Assembly: GCA_017431145.1 (NCBI GenBank)
Contig: JAFRLQ010000053.1
Span: forward strand, 59,710 to 123,709
DNA length: 64,000 nt
Origin: Clostridia bacterium
GTDB taxonomy: Bacteria > Bacillota > Clostridia > Christensenellales > Maliibacteriaceae
Direction of reading: 5' to 3'
Shown: in pieces, positions 34,120-42,738 of the stretch
How positions within the stretch are numbered: the stretch's first letter is position 1
Layout of the letters: each line of letters begins with the position of its first letter
The notes under the pieces: model-generated
Database searches by the model: none
What the model saw: the letters and a program-made list of their open reading frames with translations, nothing else
What the model was told of the DNA's origin: nothing
Made by a program: the position numbers and the translations under genes

Positions 34120-35892
34120 TCAGACTTTGATCGTCAGAACATTCAGTCCGAGTATGTTCTGATACTGTATGTCCTCCGCCATCTTGAAGATCATGCGCAA
34201 TCCGATATTCTTTGTCACATCATCCGGATCGGCGATCTTCTGCCGTTCTCTGGGATCAAACGGCACGCAGTCGTCCTTCAGTCTCAGGATGAGGTCATTG
34301 TCTTTATGGACGACACGCACGTCAACAGAATGCTTCTTTTTGTCTTTCGTGAATCCGTGGTCGACGATATTGCCTGCCATTTCCTCCATCGCAAGACCTG
34401 CAAGATAGGACCTGTGTGCGTCGATCCCCTTCTCTTCGCAGAAAGCCTGGACCCGCTGCGAGATCGTTACGACATCCTCGATGCTTTTGATACTCAGGTC
34501 CATACGCTCATCGTCTGTCACACCGAAATCATCCGGTATGACCATAAGATCGTCCATGCTGCGCGGAAAATGTTTTTTGCGGATCAGTGCGTAGATGACG
34601 CAGATCAGGATGCATCCCACGCCGTTGAGGATATTGGCGATATATACGCTGTTCATCTTCAGAGCCGGGATCAGCAGCGCAGTGAAACCTGCAACAAACA
34701 CCGCCCCGTCGAACAGGGACAGGATATTGACGAGCACGTCCTTTCCGGAAGCCTGTCCGTAGTTGATGAAATGGATCGCGATGGTGCTCAGCGGCATACA
34801 GACCGGGATAAGCCGGAGGCCCCACACCGTCATCATGTAGACCGGATCCGCAGGATCCCGGTAGAAGATCCGTGTGAGCGGCACGGCGAAAATGATGAGC
34901 AATGCTGAAACCGCGCACATCAGCGGCACATAGCGCGTGAACATCACGCGCATGATATCTGCCAGCGTCCTCCTGTCTTCCTCGCCGACGCTGACGGACA
35001 TCAGCATACGGGAAACAGCCTGCATACCGAACGGGATCGCCCAGAATATCCTGAGCAGACTGTCCACCGCGGCAAACGCGGACAGCGCAACGCTCCCCAC
35101 ATAAGCAAGAAGCAGCGCGTTCACGATCAGTCCGCGGATCGTCTCATAGACTCTGGCGCTCGCCGCAGGGAAGCCGATGCGCAGGATCGCTCCGCTTTCC
35201 TTCCATGCAAGGCCTTTCATGCTGAATCTAAGATGCGATTTCTTGGAAAAGAAGTAAGGCGCCTGTACCAGAAAGAACGCCCAGAGCCCGATGGAGGAGG
35301 CCAGCGCCAGGCCGAAGATCTCCATTTTCAGCACAAGAACGAACAGGAAATTCAGAACGATATTCAGAAAGATGTAGACGCCGATCGCGACGAGCGTCCG
35401 GTTGCCTTTGTTCTCCATCGACAGAAATGCCTGCAGCTGGTTGCCCACCACGAGCGGGAACACGCCGATCGACATGCCCAGAAGATACTGATTGAACAGC
35501 GGCCGCAGCACTGGATCCTTGGCGAGAAAACCGGTCAGATCGAACGCACCGAAGATTACGAACAGAACTGTAAAAACGATCCCGATAATCGCTGAGATCA
35601 CCAGACTCAGCGAGAACACGTTGCGCATTTTCTCCTGCTGATTCTGCCCCATGTATTTCCCGCACAGGATCACGGAACCGCCGACCATCGTCATGTTGAT
35701 CGCCGTGATCAGCATATTGATGGGCCCGTACAATCCGATCGCGCTCATGGAATCGACGCTGATAAAGTTGCTGGCATAAAAACTGGAAACGATCCCGTTT
35801 ACCGCCGTCACTGCCGACAGCAGGATCTGGATCGGCAGAAGTTTCATCATCAGTTTTGCAATCATTTTGGTGTTGGCTGCCTGTTTTTCCAT
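34120..35892 (-). CDS. MATE-family efflux transporter fused to a C-terminal GHKL (SpoIIAB/RsbW-like anti-sigma) ATPase-fold domain
   Basis: 590 aa. About 450 aa form a 12-TM MATE-like core. The last 135 aa or so carry an N-box (EEMAGNIVDHG), a G1-like DDCVPFDP and a degenerate G2 (NIGLRMIF). Confidence 0.8.
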   Translation of the reverse strand: MEKQAANTKMIAKLMMKLLPIQILLSAVTAVNGIVSSFYASNFISVDSMSAIGLYGPINMLITAINMTMVGGSVILCGKYMGQNQQEKMRNVFSLSLVISAIIGIVFTVLFVIFGAFDLTGFLAKDPVLRPLFNQYLLGMSIGVFPLVVGNQLQAFLSMENKGNRTLVAIGVYIFLNIVLNFLFVLVLKMEIFGLALASSIGLWAFFLVQAPYFFSKKSHLRFSMKGLAWKESGAILRIGFPAASARVYETIRGLIVNALLLAYVGSVALSAFAAVDSLLRIFWAIPFGMQAVSRMLMSVSVGEEDRRTLADIMRVMFTRYVPLMCAVSALLIIFAVPLTRIFYRDPADPVYMMTVWGLRLIPVCMPLSTIAIHFINYGQASGKDVLVNILSLFDGAVFVAGFTALLIPALKMNSVYIANILNGVGCILICVIYALIRKKHFPRSMDDLMVIPDDFGVTDDERMDLSIKSIEDVVTISQRVQAFCEEKGIDAHRSYLAGLAMEEMAGNIVDHGFTKDKKKHSVDVRVVHKDNDLILRLKDDCVPFDPRERQKIADPDDVTKNIGLRMIFKMAEDIQYQNILGLNVLTIKV

Positions 35893-35907
35893 TGCAACTT
35901 CCCTCTT

Positions 35908-36696
35908 TCAATCGATCAGCCCGAAATGCCGCAGCGCATTTCCGATGCCGTCTTCATCCACTGTATCCGTTACGTAATCCGCAGCCGCCTTGACAGTGTC
36001 ACCTGCGTTTCCCATCGCAACACCGATCCCGGCAAACTGCAGCATTTCGATATCGTTTTCTCCGTCTCCGAATGCCATGATCTGGGAACGTTCCAGCCCG
36101 TTCTCGTCAAGGTATTTCTGAATGCCTGAGGCTTTTCCGCCGCCCCGTGGAATGATGTCGATACCCGTCTCAGCCCAGCTGGAAATAGAACATTCATCCA
36201 GAAGATCGTTCAGTATCTGCTTTTCATGCTCCGGGATAAATGCCAGGATCTGGTAGACGTTCTCCCCCTCATAGGTACCGATCTGCGGGATCGTGCCCAT
36301 CGTTTCCGCCTGTGTCTTCACAACGGTATCGTTGACGTAATTGATGTAGCGGTCGTTCTCCCCGATCAGCACGAACGGAATGCGTTTCGCACGGAATATC
36401 TGTTCCAGAACTTCCATTTCGCCTTTGTCGATCGCGGTCCCCGCATACACTTTCCTGTTTCCGTCCAGAAGCAGCTGCCCGTTCAGCGTCAGGTATCCGT
36501 CGAACTCGATCTCGCTGACCGGCAGTTTGGAGTATTCCTGCATATGTCTGCCCGTCGCAATGACCGTTTTGATCCCTTTTTCGCGCAGCCTCCGGAGCGC
36601 TACGCGCGTTTCCTGCGGCACGTCGTTCAGTTTATGTGACAGAAGCGTTCCGTCGACATCGAAAAACACCGCCCTGATATCATGTTCTCCGCTCAC
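35908..36696 (-). CDS. Cof-type HAD-IIB phosphatase
   Basis: HAD motif I FFDVDGTLL and motif IV GDGENDIEM. The track start (TTG at 36720) was trimmed to the GTG at 36696, which has an AGGAGG RBS 7 nt upstream. Confidence 0.8.
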   Translation of the reverse strand: MSGEHDIRAVFFDVDGTLLSHKLNDVPQETRVALRRLREKGIKTVIATGRHMQEYSKLPVSEIEFDGYLTLNGQLLLDGNRKVYAGTAIDKGEMEVLEQIFRAKRIPFVLIGENDRYINYVNDTVVKTQAETMGTIPQIGTYEGENVYQILAFIPEHEKQILNDLLDECSISSWAETGIDIIPRGGGKASGIQKYLDENGLERSQIMAFGDGENDIEMLQFAGIGVAMGNAGDTVKAAADYVTDTVDEDGIGNALRHFGLID

Positions 36697-37561
36697 TGTT
36701 GTACCTCCTGACCTTCTCAAAAAAACGCTTCATGCCCGCAGGCCCCTGTTCCGCATCCTCGAGATTCGTATCTCCGAGTTCGATCAGTTTGTTTTTGCCG
36801 TGGTAATCGCTTCCCGCCGTGACGTACAGCCCGTTCTTTTCCGCCAGTGTCAGAAGGCTCTCCGTCAGTCTTTTCGGGAAACCGGAATAGAACGCCTCAA
36901 GTCCCTGAAGTCCGAACCCCATGAGCCGTGAAACGCGCTCCTCCATCTCCTCTCCAATGATAAGCTGGTCTCCGCTCCCGTATGAGGGATGCGCCAGGAC
37001 CGGAATACCGCCCGACGCGAGGATCCCCTCGATCGCTTCTTCCGGCCGTACATACTCGCTTTTGAAATGGATCTTGTTGATGTAATCCAGGATCGCCTCT
37101 TCCTTGGTCTTCACATAGCCGTATTTCACCATCAGATTTCCGATGTGCGGCTTCCCGGGATTGTCCAGTGCGAAAAGCGCGTCCTTGTCCTCCTGTGAAA
37201 ACACGAATCCGAATTCCTTCTCGACAAAATCCACCCGCGCGCGCACCTTGTTCATGCGGTAGCTGTGTCCCAGATCCACGATCCGCTGCACACCTTCCGA
37301 TTGCGGCTCGTACCCGTATCCCAGAATGTGGTACTTCCCATATTCATCCTTGCAGGAGAACTCGGCGCCGGTGATGAACTGAGGGTCTTCGGGCTTCAGA
37401 ATATCCAGAACGATCCTGCAGCCTTTGACCGCATCGTGGTCCGTGACCGCGAAAAGACCGATCCCCGCGTCTTTTACGCGCAAAAGGATTTCCTCCGGCG
37501 TATCCGTGCCGTCGGAAACCCTTGTATGCATATGCAGATCGATCTTCTTAGGAATAACCAT
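36680..37561 (-). CDS. PHP-domain metal-dependent phosphoesterase
   Basis: 293 aa. IDLHMHTRVSDG, FAVTDHD, VLAHP and GSDYHG, which are PHP motifs. Confidence 0.8.
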   Translation of the reverse strand: MVIPKKIDLHMHTRVSDGTDTPEEILLRVKDAGIGLFAVTDHDAVKGCRIVLDILKPEDPQFITGAEFSCKDEYGKYHILGYGYEPQSEGVQRIVDLGHSYRMNKVRARVDFVEKEFGFVFSQEDKDALFALDNPGKPHIGNLMVKYGYVKTKEEAILDYINKIHFKSEYVRPEEAIEGILASGGIPVLAHPSYGSGDQLIIGEEMEERVSRLMGFGLQGLEAFYSGFPKRLTESLLTLAEKNGLYVTAGSDYHGKNKLIELGDTNLEDAEQGPAGMKRFFEKVRRYNSERRT

Positions 37562-37591
37562 ACCGTGTCTCTTCGTACCGCGACACTGCGG

Positions 37592-39169
37592 TCACAGATT
37601 CTTTTTCAGTTTCAGTATGTTTCTCCCGTCTTTGTATTCATAAACGATATCATCCATCGTTTTCTTTGCCAGGAATATGCCCAGTCCGCCGATCCTGCGT
37701 TCCTCCGCAGAGAGTGTCACATCGGGTTCCTCCGATGCCAGCGGATCATACGGGACCCCCTGATCCATGAACGTGATGGTGACAGTGACAGGCGCTTCGG
37801 ACACTTCCATCAGAACCGTCGCGTTTCCGTGTTCCGGTGCGTAGGCATAGTTCGCGATATTCACGAAGATCTCCTCCGCTGCGACAGCGATCTGCATGCG
37901 GGCTCTCGGAGGGCAGTCGGTATCCTCAAGATTCCTGTCGATGAAATCCAGCACTTCCTGCAGATTCTCCACGTCCGCACCGATCTCCAGCTCATTGCGG
38001 GCAAACAGCAGCGTATCCGTCTTTTCCAGCAGTTCCAGAAGCTCGCCCTTCCACAGTTCGATCTCCGCTCTGCCTTCAGGCGTCTCCATACCTTTCCTGC
38101 GGATCGATCTTCTGATCATGCGCGCATACCCGATGATCCTCGCCTTGTCTTCCACTTCGCGGATCCTGTACTCGTTCTGCGTTCCCAGATAAGCTGCCAG
38201 TGCTTTGTGCCAGAACTGTTTTCCGATGTCCAGCGTAAAGCCCTGGAAACGTTCGATCGCCGTATTGTCATACTCGGAGTATCCGATAAAGGAATTATAC
38301 ATGGACGCCAGTTCAAAGATCGGATGCCCGACCGCCAGCGTATCCATATCGATCAGCAGCGTCTCGTCGTTCTGAAGCATGACGTTTTTCGTATGGTAAT
38401 CACCATGGATCATATGATCGTCATGCGGCACTTCCTCGACCAGTCTGATCAGTTTTTCGCCTGCGTCCTCCGGCAGATAATCCTTCATGAAGCGCACCCA
38501 ATTGAGCGCCGTCTCCTTCATGTCCGGTAGTTTTCCTTCCGGGACCAGCGTGCTGTGGATCTTCTTCAGCATTCCGATATACTCTTCCACGCACCAGTCC
38601 ATCTTTTCGGGCTCCGTCTCCAGTATCTTCGAAAAGGAGCGGGCATTCAGAAATTCGAAAACCGATCCGTAACTGTCATTGACACGCACCACATCATAAG
38701 AGATCGCCGTCGGGATCCCGAGGACCAGCGCAAGACGCGCCACTTCCCTCTCATGCTGGATGTCCGCCAGCGCGTCCGCATTATTGTAGACCTTGATGAC
38801 ATTGTCCTGGTCGATCCTGTAGATCGTCCCGTTCGCACCGCGTCCGACTTCCTCGCATCCCTCCACGGAAACGACTCTGTACGCCTTTTCCACCTTCATC
38901 ATCTGCGTGAACCCAGTCATGTCGAGAATCTCGTAAACATCCGAGTTGACATTGATGATCCGAAGATCGGGATTCGTCTTTTTCAGACGCAGAAGGACAC
39001 GCAGGCCGGCGCTGGAAATGTATTCCAGCTCCTCCATATCAAGCACGACCGGCACTCCGGTTTTTCCATCCAGAACGGACTGTATATGCGCTTCCGCGTC
39101 TGCCGCATTGCGGGAATCGATCCTCCCTTTCAGATCGACTGTAACAGCCCCGTTGGTCAAGTCAGCCAT
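37592..39169 (-). CDS. Three-domain signalling protein: STAS + APH/ChoK-like protein-kinase-fold phosphotransferase + GHKL (anti-sigma-type) ATPase domain
   Basis: 525 aa. STAS motif LEYISSAGLRVLL (residues 48-60). Kinase motifs GRGANGTIY, VIKVY, HGDYHTKN (255-262) and LIDMD (272-276). GHKL motifs EEIFVNIANY, DQGVPYDP and GGLGIFL (494-500). Confidence 0.8.
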   Translation of the reverse strand: MADLTNGAVTVDLKGRIDSRNAADAEAHIQSVLDGKTGVPVVLDMEELEYISSAGLRVLLRLKKTNPDLRIINVNSDVYEILDMTGFTQMMKVEKAYRVVSVEGCEEVGRGANGTIYRIDQDNVIKVYNNADALADIQHEREVARLALVLGIPTAISYDVVRVNDSYGSVFEFLNARSFSKILETEPEKMDWCVEEYIGMLKKIHSTLVPEGKLPDMKETALNWVRFMKDYLPEDAGEKLIRLVEEVPHDDHMIHGDYHTKNVMLQNDETLLIDMDTLAVGHPIFELASMYNSFIGYSEYDNTAIERFQGFTLDIGKQFWHKALAAYLGTQNEYRIREVEDKARIIGYARMIRRSIRRKGMETPEGRAEIELWKGELLELLEKTDTLLFARNELEIGADVENLQEVLDFIDRNLEDTDCPPRARMQIAVAAEEIFVNIANYAYAPEHGNATVLMEVSEAPVTVTITFMDQGVPYDPLASEEPDVTLSAEERRIGGLGIFLAKKTMDDIVYEYKDGRNILKLKKNL

Positions 39170-39209
39170 TTTGTCCTCCTTTGTATTGCAGACAGATTCT
39201 CATACGCCC

Positions 39210-39512
39210 TTATTCGATCGTCAGAATCTCCGCGAAACCGGTCAGCTCAAAGATCTCCGCGATCGTATCGTTCAGATTCCGAACCTTCATTTCGCCTTTT
39301 TCCTTGTTCATGATCTTCTGCGTCGCAAGCAGCACACGCAGTCCGGCGGAAGAGATATAATCCAGTTTCTCAAAATCCAGAGTCAGATCTTTCACGCCTT
39401 CCAAAGAGTTCATCAGATCCTCTTCCAGAACAGGGGCTGTGATGGTATCCAGTCTCCCTTCCAGTGCGAACAAAGCTTTTCCCTCTTCGATTGTCTTGTT
39501 GATATTCAGCAT
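39210..39512 (-). CDS. STAS-domain protein (anti-sigma-factor-antagonist type)
   Basis: 100 aa. DYISSAGLRVLL with the conserved Ser-Ser. The 11 residues YISSAGLRVLL are identical to those in the STAS domain of the next gene. Confidence 0.85.
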   Translation of the reverse strand: MLNINKTIEEGKALFALEGRLDTITAPVLEEDLMNSLEGVKDLTLDFEKLDYISSAGLRVLLATQKIMNKEKGEMKVRNLNDTIAEIFELTGFAEILTIE

Positions 39513-39696
39513 TCCGTTATACTCCTTTTTCTGCTGTTATTCTGATACGGACAGTTTCCTGCCTTAAAAAAAGTAAAACCACGCTCTTATCCACCTATAA
39601 TACAGGTGAGCATTCTTATGTATATTTTCTATCCTCAGCACGCCCTGTGTCAAGTCTTTCATACGTGCTTGACATATGCCGAAAAGAAAAACCGAA

Positions 39697-39728
39697 AGCT
39701 CCGGGCGGTATCCGCCGCTCCGGAGCTC
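39697..39728 (-). terminator. Intrinsic terminator downstream of recA
   Basis: AGCTCCGG-GCGG-tatc-CGCC-g-CTCCGGAGCT hairpin. The minus-strand reading is followed by GGTTTTTCTTTT. Confidence 0.75.
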
Positions 39729-39757
39729 CTGCTGTATATCTTGTTTTCCGTAAATGC

Positions 39758-40786
39758 TCAGTCCTCGTCCATTCCCGGCGCACCGGAGAGGATCTGCCGG
39801 ATCTTCTCCTCCACTTCCGCGGCGACGTCCGGATTGTCCGCGAGGTACTGCTTGGCATTCTCTCTTCCCTGTCCGATCCTTTCACCCATATAGGAATACC
39901 ATGAACCGCTTTTCACGATCACACCGTGTTCTGCGCCGAGGTCGATCAGAGAACCGGTCCTGGAGACGCCGCGTCCGTAGATGATATCAAATTCAGCGAC
40001 CTTGAACGGCGGCGCAAGTTTGTTTTTCACGACCTTGATGCGCGTGCGGTTGCCGACCAGTTCGCCTCCGACCTTGATCGTATCGATGCGCCGCACGTCC
40101 AGACGGATGCTGGCATAGAATTTCAGCGCACGTCCGCCGGCAGTCGTTTCGGGGTTGCCGAACATTACGCCGATCTTTTCACGCAGTTGGTTGATGAAGA
40201 TCACGATGGTCTTGGACTTCGACACCGTGCCCGAGAGTTTTCTCAGCGCCTGGGACATCAGTCTTGCCTGCAATCCGACATGGGAATCGCCCATGTCCCC
40301 CTCCAGCTCCGCCTTGGGAACCAGCGCTGCCACCGAGTCGATGACAATCAGATCGATCGCTCCGCTGCGCGCCAGCGCATCCGCGATATCCAGCGCCTGT
40401 TCGCCGCTGTCCGGCTGGGAAACATACATCTCGTTCACGTCCACACCCAGGTTTCCGGCATAGACGGGATCCAGCGCGTGTTCTGCGTCGATGAACGCCG
40501 CGATGCCGCCCGCTTTCTGTGTTTCCGCCACCGCATGCAGCGCGATCGTCGTTTTACCGGAAGACTCAGGTCCGTAGATCTCGATCACGCGTCCACGGGG
40601 GAATCCGCCGATCCCCAGCGCCAGATCCAGTTCCAGACATCCGGTCGGGATGACGGAAACGTTCATGTTCGCCGTGTTCTCTCCCAGTCTCATGATCGAG
40701 CCTTTTCCGAACTGTTTCTCGATCTGTGCCAATGCAACGTCCAGTGCGTGCTGTTTTTCCGCAGGCAGTCTGTCATTCTTGTCCAT
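39758..40786 (-). CDS. recA: Recombinase RecA
   Basis: Walker [10 protein letters not shown] and a RecA-like sequence throughout. The track start at 40801 was trimmed to MDKNDRL at 40786, which has a GAGGGAG RBS. Confidence 0.95.
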   Translation of the reverse strand: MDKNDRLPAEKQHALDVALAQIEKQFGKGSIMRLGENTANMNVSVIPTGCLELDLALGIGGFPRGRVIEIYGPESSGKTTIALHAVAETQKAGGIAAFIDAEHALDPVYAGNLGVDVNEMYVSQPDSGEQALDIADALARSGAIDLIVIDSVAALVPKAELEGDMGDSHVGLQARLMSQALRKLSGTVSKSKTIVIFINQLREKIGVMFGNPETTAGGRALKFYASIRLDVRRIDTIKVGGELVGNRTRIKVVKNKLAPPFKVAEFDIIYGRGVSRTGSLIDLGAEHGVIVKSGSWYSYMGERIGQGRENAKQYLADNPDVAAEVEEKIRQILSGAPGMDED

Positions 40787-40909
40787 ATTCCGCTCCCTCA
40801 TTCTTTCGCTAAATGTTTTTTACCTGAAATCGCCTTGCAATATCATCTTAAAGAAGAATCTTCCGGAAAACAATATCCCTTTTTCATGGTGTCGCTGTTT
40901 GGCGACACC

Positions 40910-42151
40910 TTATCTGTCTTTTCCGATCAGCGCGCAACGGATCCTGTTGAGTGCGTTGAGCATCGTCATTCTCCTCACGCGGTTTCTGTCGCCACCGAAC
41001 AGAAAACATGTGCTCGTCACGCCGTTTTCGTCGCAGAATCCCATCCAGACCGTTCCGACCGGTTTCTCCGGTGTTCCGCCGTCCGGTCCCGCGATCCCCG
41101 TAACGGAAAGCGCCATATCTGCGCCGCTTCTTTCCCGCAGACCCGCAGCCATTTCTTCCGCCGTCTGCGCACTGACCGCTCCATACGCTTCCAGCGTTTC
41201 CTTCCGAACGCCGAGCGTCCGCATCTTTGCCTCGTTGGAATAGGTCACGTGGCTCTCCGTAAGCGCTGCCGAGATCCCCGGAAACGCGACAAGGCTTGAC
41301 GCGATCATCCCGCCGGTGCAGGATTCCGCAAACGATACCGTCCGTCCGCTTTTGATCAGCATGTCCGCGACGCACGCTTCCATGCTGGTATCCCCTTCCG
41401 CATAGATCAGCGTTCCCAGCCTGCGGTACAGTTCATCCGCGACGGGTCCGATCATTCTTTCCGCTTCCTCTTCACTCGCGCTCTTTGCGCTGATCCGGAT
41501 CCGGATCTCTCCGAAACCGACGTAGATCCCGACCATCGGATTGGTCTGTTCCTTCAGTATGTCCGCGATCCGGTCCTCCAGACTGGGCTCCCCGATCCCG
41601 AACACGCGCAGCACGCGGGAATGGATCGTTTCAGCCGAACATTCCCTGAGATATGGCCGGACGCTGCGCAGGAACATTTCCTGCATCTCATGCGGCGGTC
41701 CAGGCAGAACGATGACCGTCTTTCCGCCCTTTTCCGTCGCGCTGCCCGGCGCTGTTCCTCTCGTATTGAAGAATACCGTGGAACCCTCCGGGACATACGC
41801 CTGTTTCAGCGCGTGGGACGGGATCTCCATCTTCTGTGAGTCATACCGCCCGCGGATTGCGTCCGCGCTCGGCTTGTCCTCCGCAAGTTCCAGTCCCAGC
41901 ACATGCGCTGTGCATTCCCGAGTGATGTCGTCCATCGTAGGCCCGAGCCCTCCGGTGATCAGCACAAGATCCGCGTGACCAAGCGCACGTCTGATCGTCT
42001 CTTCAAGCCGGTCTGCATTGTCTCCGACTGTTTCCCGGAAGAACACATCGATCCCCATTTCAGAAAGCTGCCGGGAGAGAAAGGCCGCGTTCGTGTCTGT
42101 GACTTCACCGAGCAGAAGCTCGGTCCCCACTGAGAGGATTTCAGCAATCAT
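40910..42151 (-). CDS. cinA: CinA-family competence/damage-inducible protein (MoCF-binding + PncC nicotinamide-nucleotide amidase domains)
   Basis: 413 aa. MIAEILSVGTELLLGEVTDTN and ITGGLGPTMDD. C-terminal SFAESCTGG. Confidence 0.9.
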   Translation of the reverse strand: MIAEILSVGTELLLGEVTDTNAAFLSRQLSEMGIDVFFRETVGDNADRLEETIRRALGHADLVLITGGLGPTMDDITRECTAHVLGLELAEDKPSADAIRGRYDSQKMEIPSHALKQAYVPEGSTVFFNTRGTAPGSATEKGGKTVIVLPGPPHEMQEMFLRSVRPYLRECSAETIHSRVLRVFGIGEPSLEDRIADILKEQTNPMVGIYVGFGEIRIRISAKSASEEEAERMIGPVADELYRRLGTLIYAEGDTSMEACVADMLIKSGRTVSFAESCTGGMIASSLVAFPGISAALTESHVTYSNEAKMRTLGVRKETLEAYGAVSAQTAEEMAAGLRERSGADMALSVTGIAGPDGGTPEKPVGTVWMGFCDENGVTSTCFLFGGDRNRVRRMTMLNALNRIRCALIGKDR

Positions 42152-42738
42152 GCGACATCCTCCTTCAGCACTTCACGGTTTTTCCAGATATAGACCGCAC
42201 AGGACAGGGCGGAAAACACCGCTGAAAGAATGATCGCCGCGAAGAACGCCCAGTAAAGGAACATCTGCTGCGGCGCGCCTCTGAAAAGAAGGTACGCCGT
42301 CAGCGCGATATACTGCGTAACGGTCTTGATCTTTCCCAGCCAGCCGGCGGCAATCACTTTTCCGCCGTCCGCCGCAGCGACAAGACGGAACCCGCTGATG
42401 ATGAATTCCCTTGCCACCGTAATGACCATGACCACGGTCATCCAGTTCGCCGATATCTCTGCTGTGATCCATGTCAGGATGGAGATGACGAGCAGCTTGT
42501 CCGCCAGCGGATCGACGAATTTCCCGAAATTGGAGATCGCGTCAAATTTGCGCGCGATATGTCCGTCCAGTCCATCCGTTGCCGCACTCAGCACGAACAG
42601 CAGCGCCGCGATCCAGAACCTTTTTTCATAATCCCACGGGATCATGAGCACCGCGAGGATCACCGGGACCGTCAGGATCCGGATGACCGTCAGGATATTC
42701 GGCACATGCTTCATCCGCTCTTTCTTACTCTTCGTCAT
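42148..42738 (-). CDS. pgsA: CDP-diacylglycerol--glycerol-3-phosphate 3-phosphatidyltransferase
   Basis: 196 aa. CDP-alcohol phosphatidyltransferase motif DGLDGHIARKF...GKFVDPLADK. Confidence 0.9.
   Translation of the reverse strand: MTKSKKERMKHVPNILTVIRILTVPVILAVLMIPWDYEKRFWIAALLFVLSAATDGLDGHIARKFDAISNFGKFVDPLADKLLVISILTWITAEISANWMTVVMVITVAREFIISGFRLVAAADGGKVIAAGWLGKIKTVTQYIALTAYLLFRGAPQQMFLYWAFFAAIILSAVFSALSCAVYIWKNREVLKEDVA

Noticed and set aside
40802-40909. A LexA box and a cinA terminator upstream of recA.
   Set aside because: There is no GAAC-N4-GTTC-like sequence. The hairpin GGTGTCGC-N6-GCGACACC (40888-40909) has its T-run on the wrong side for a minus-strand terminator, so cinA-recA read-through is more likely.
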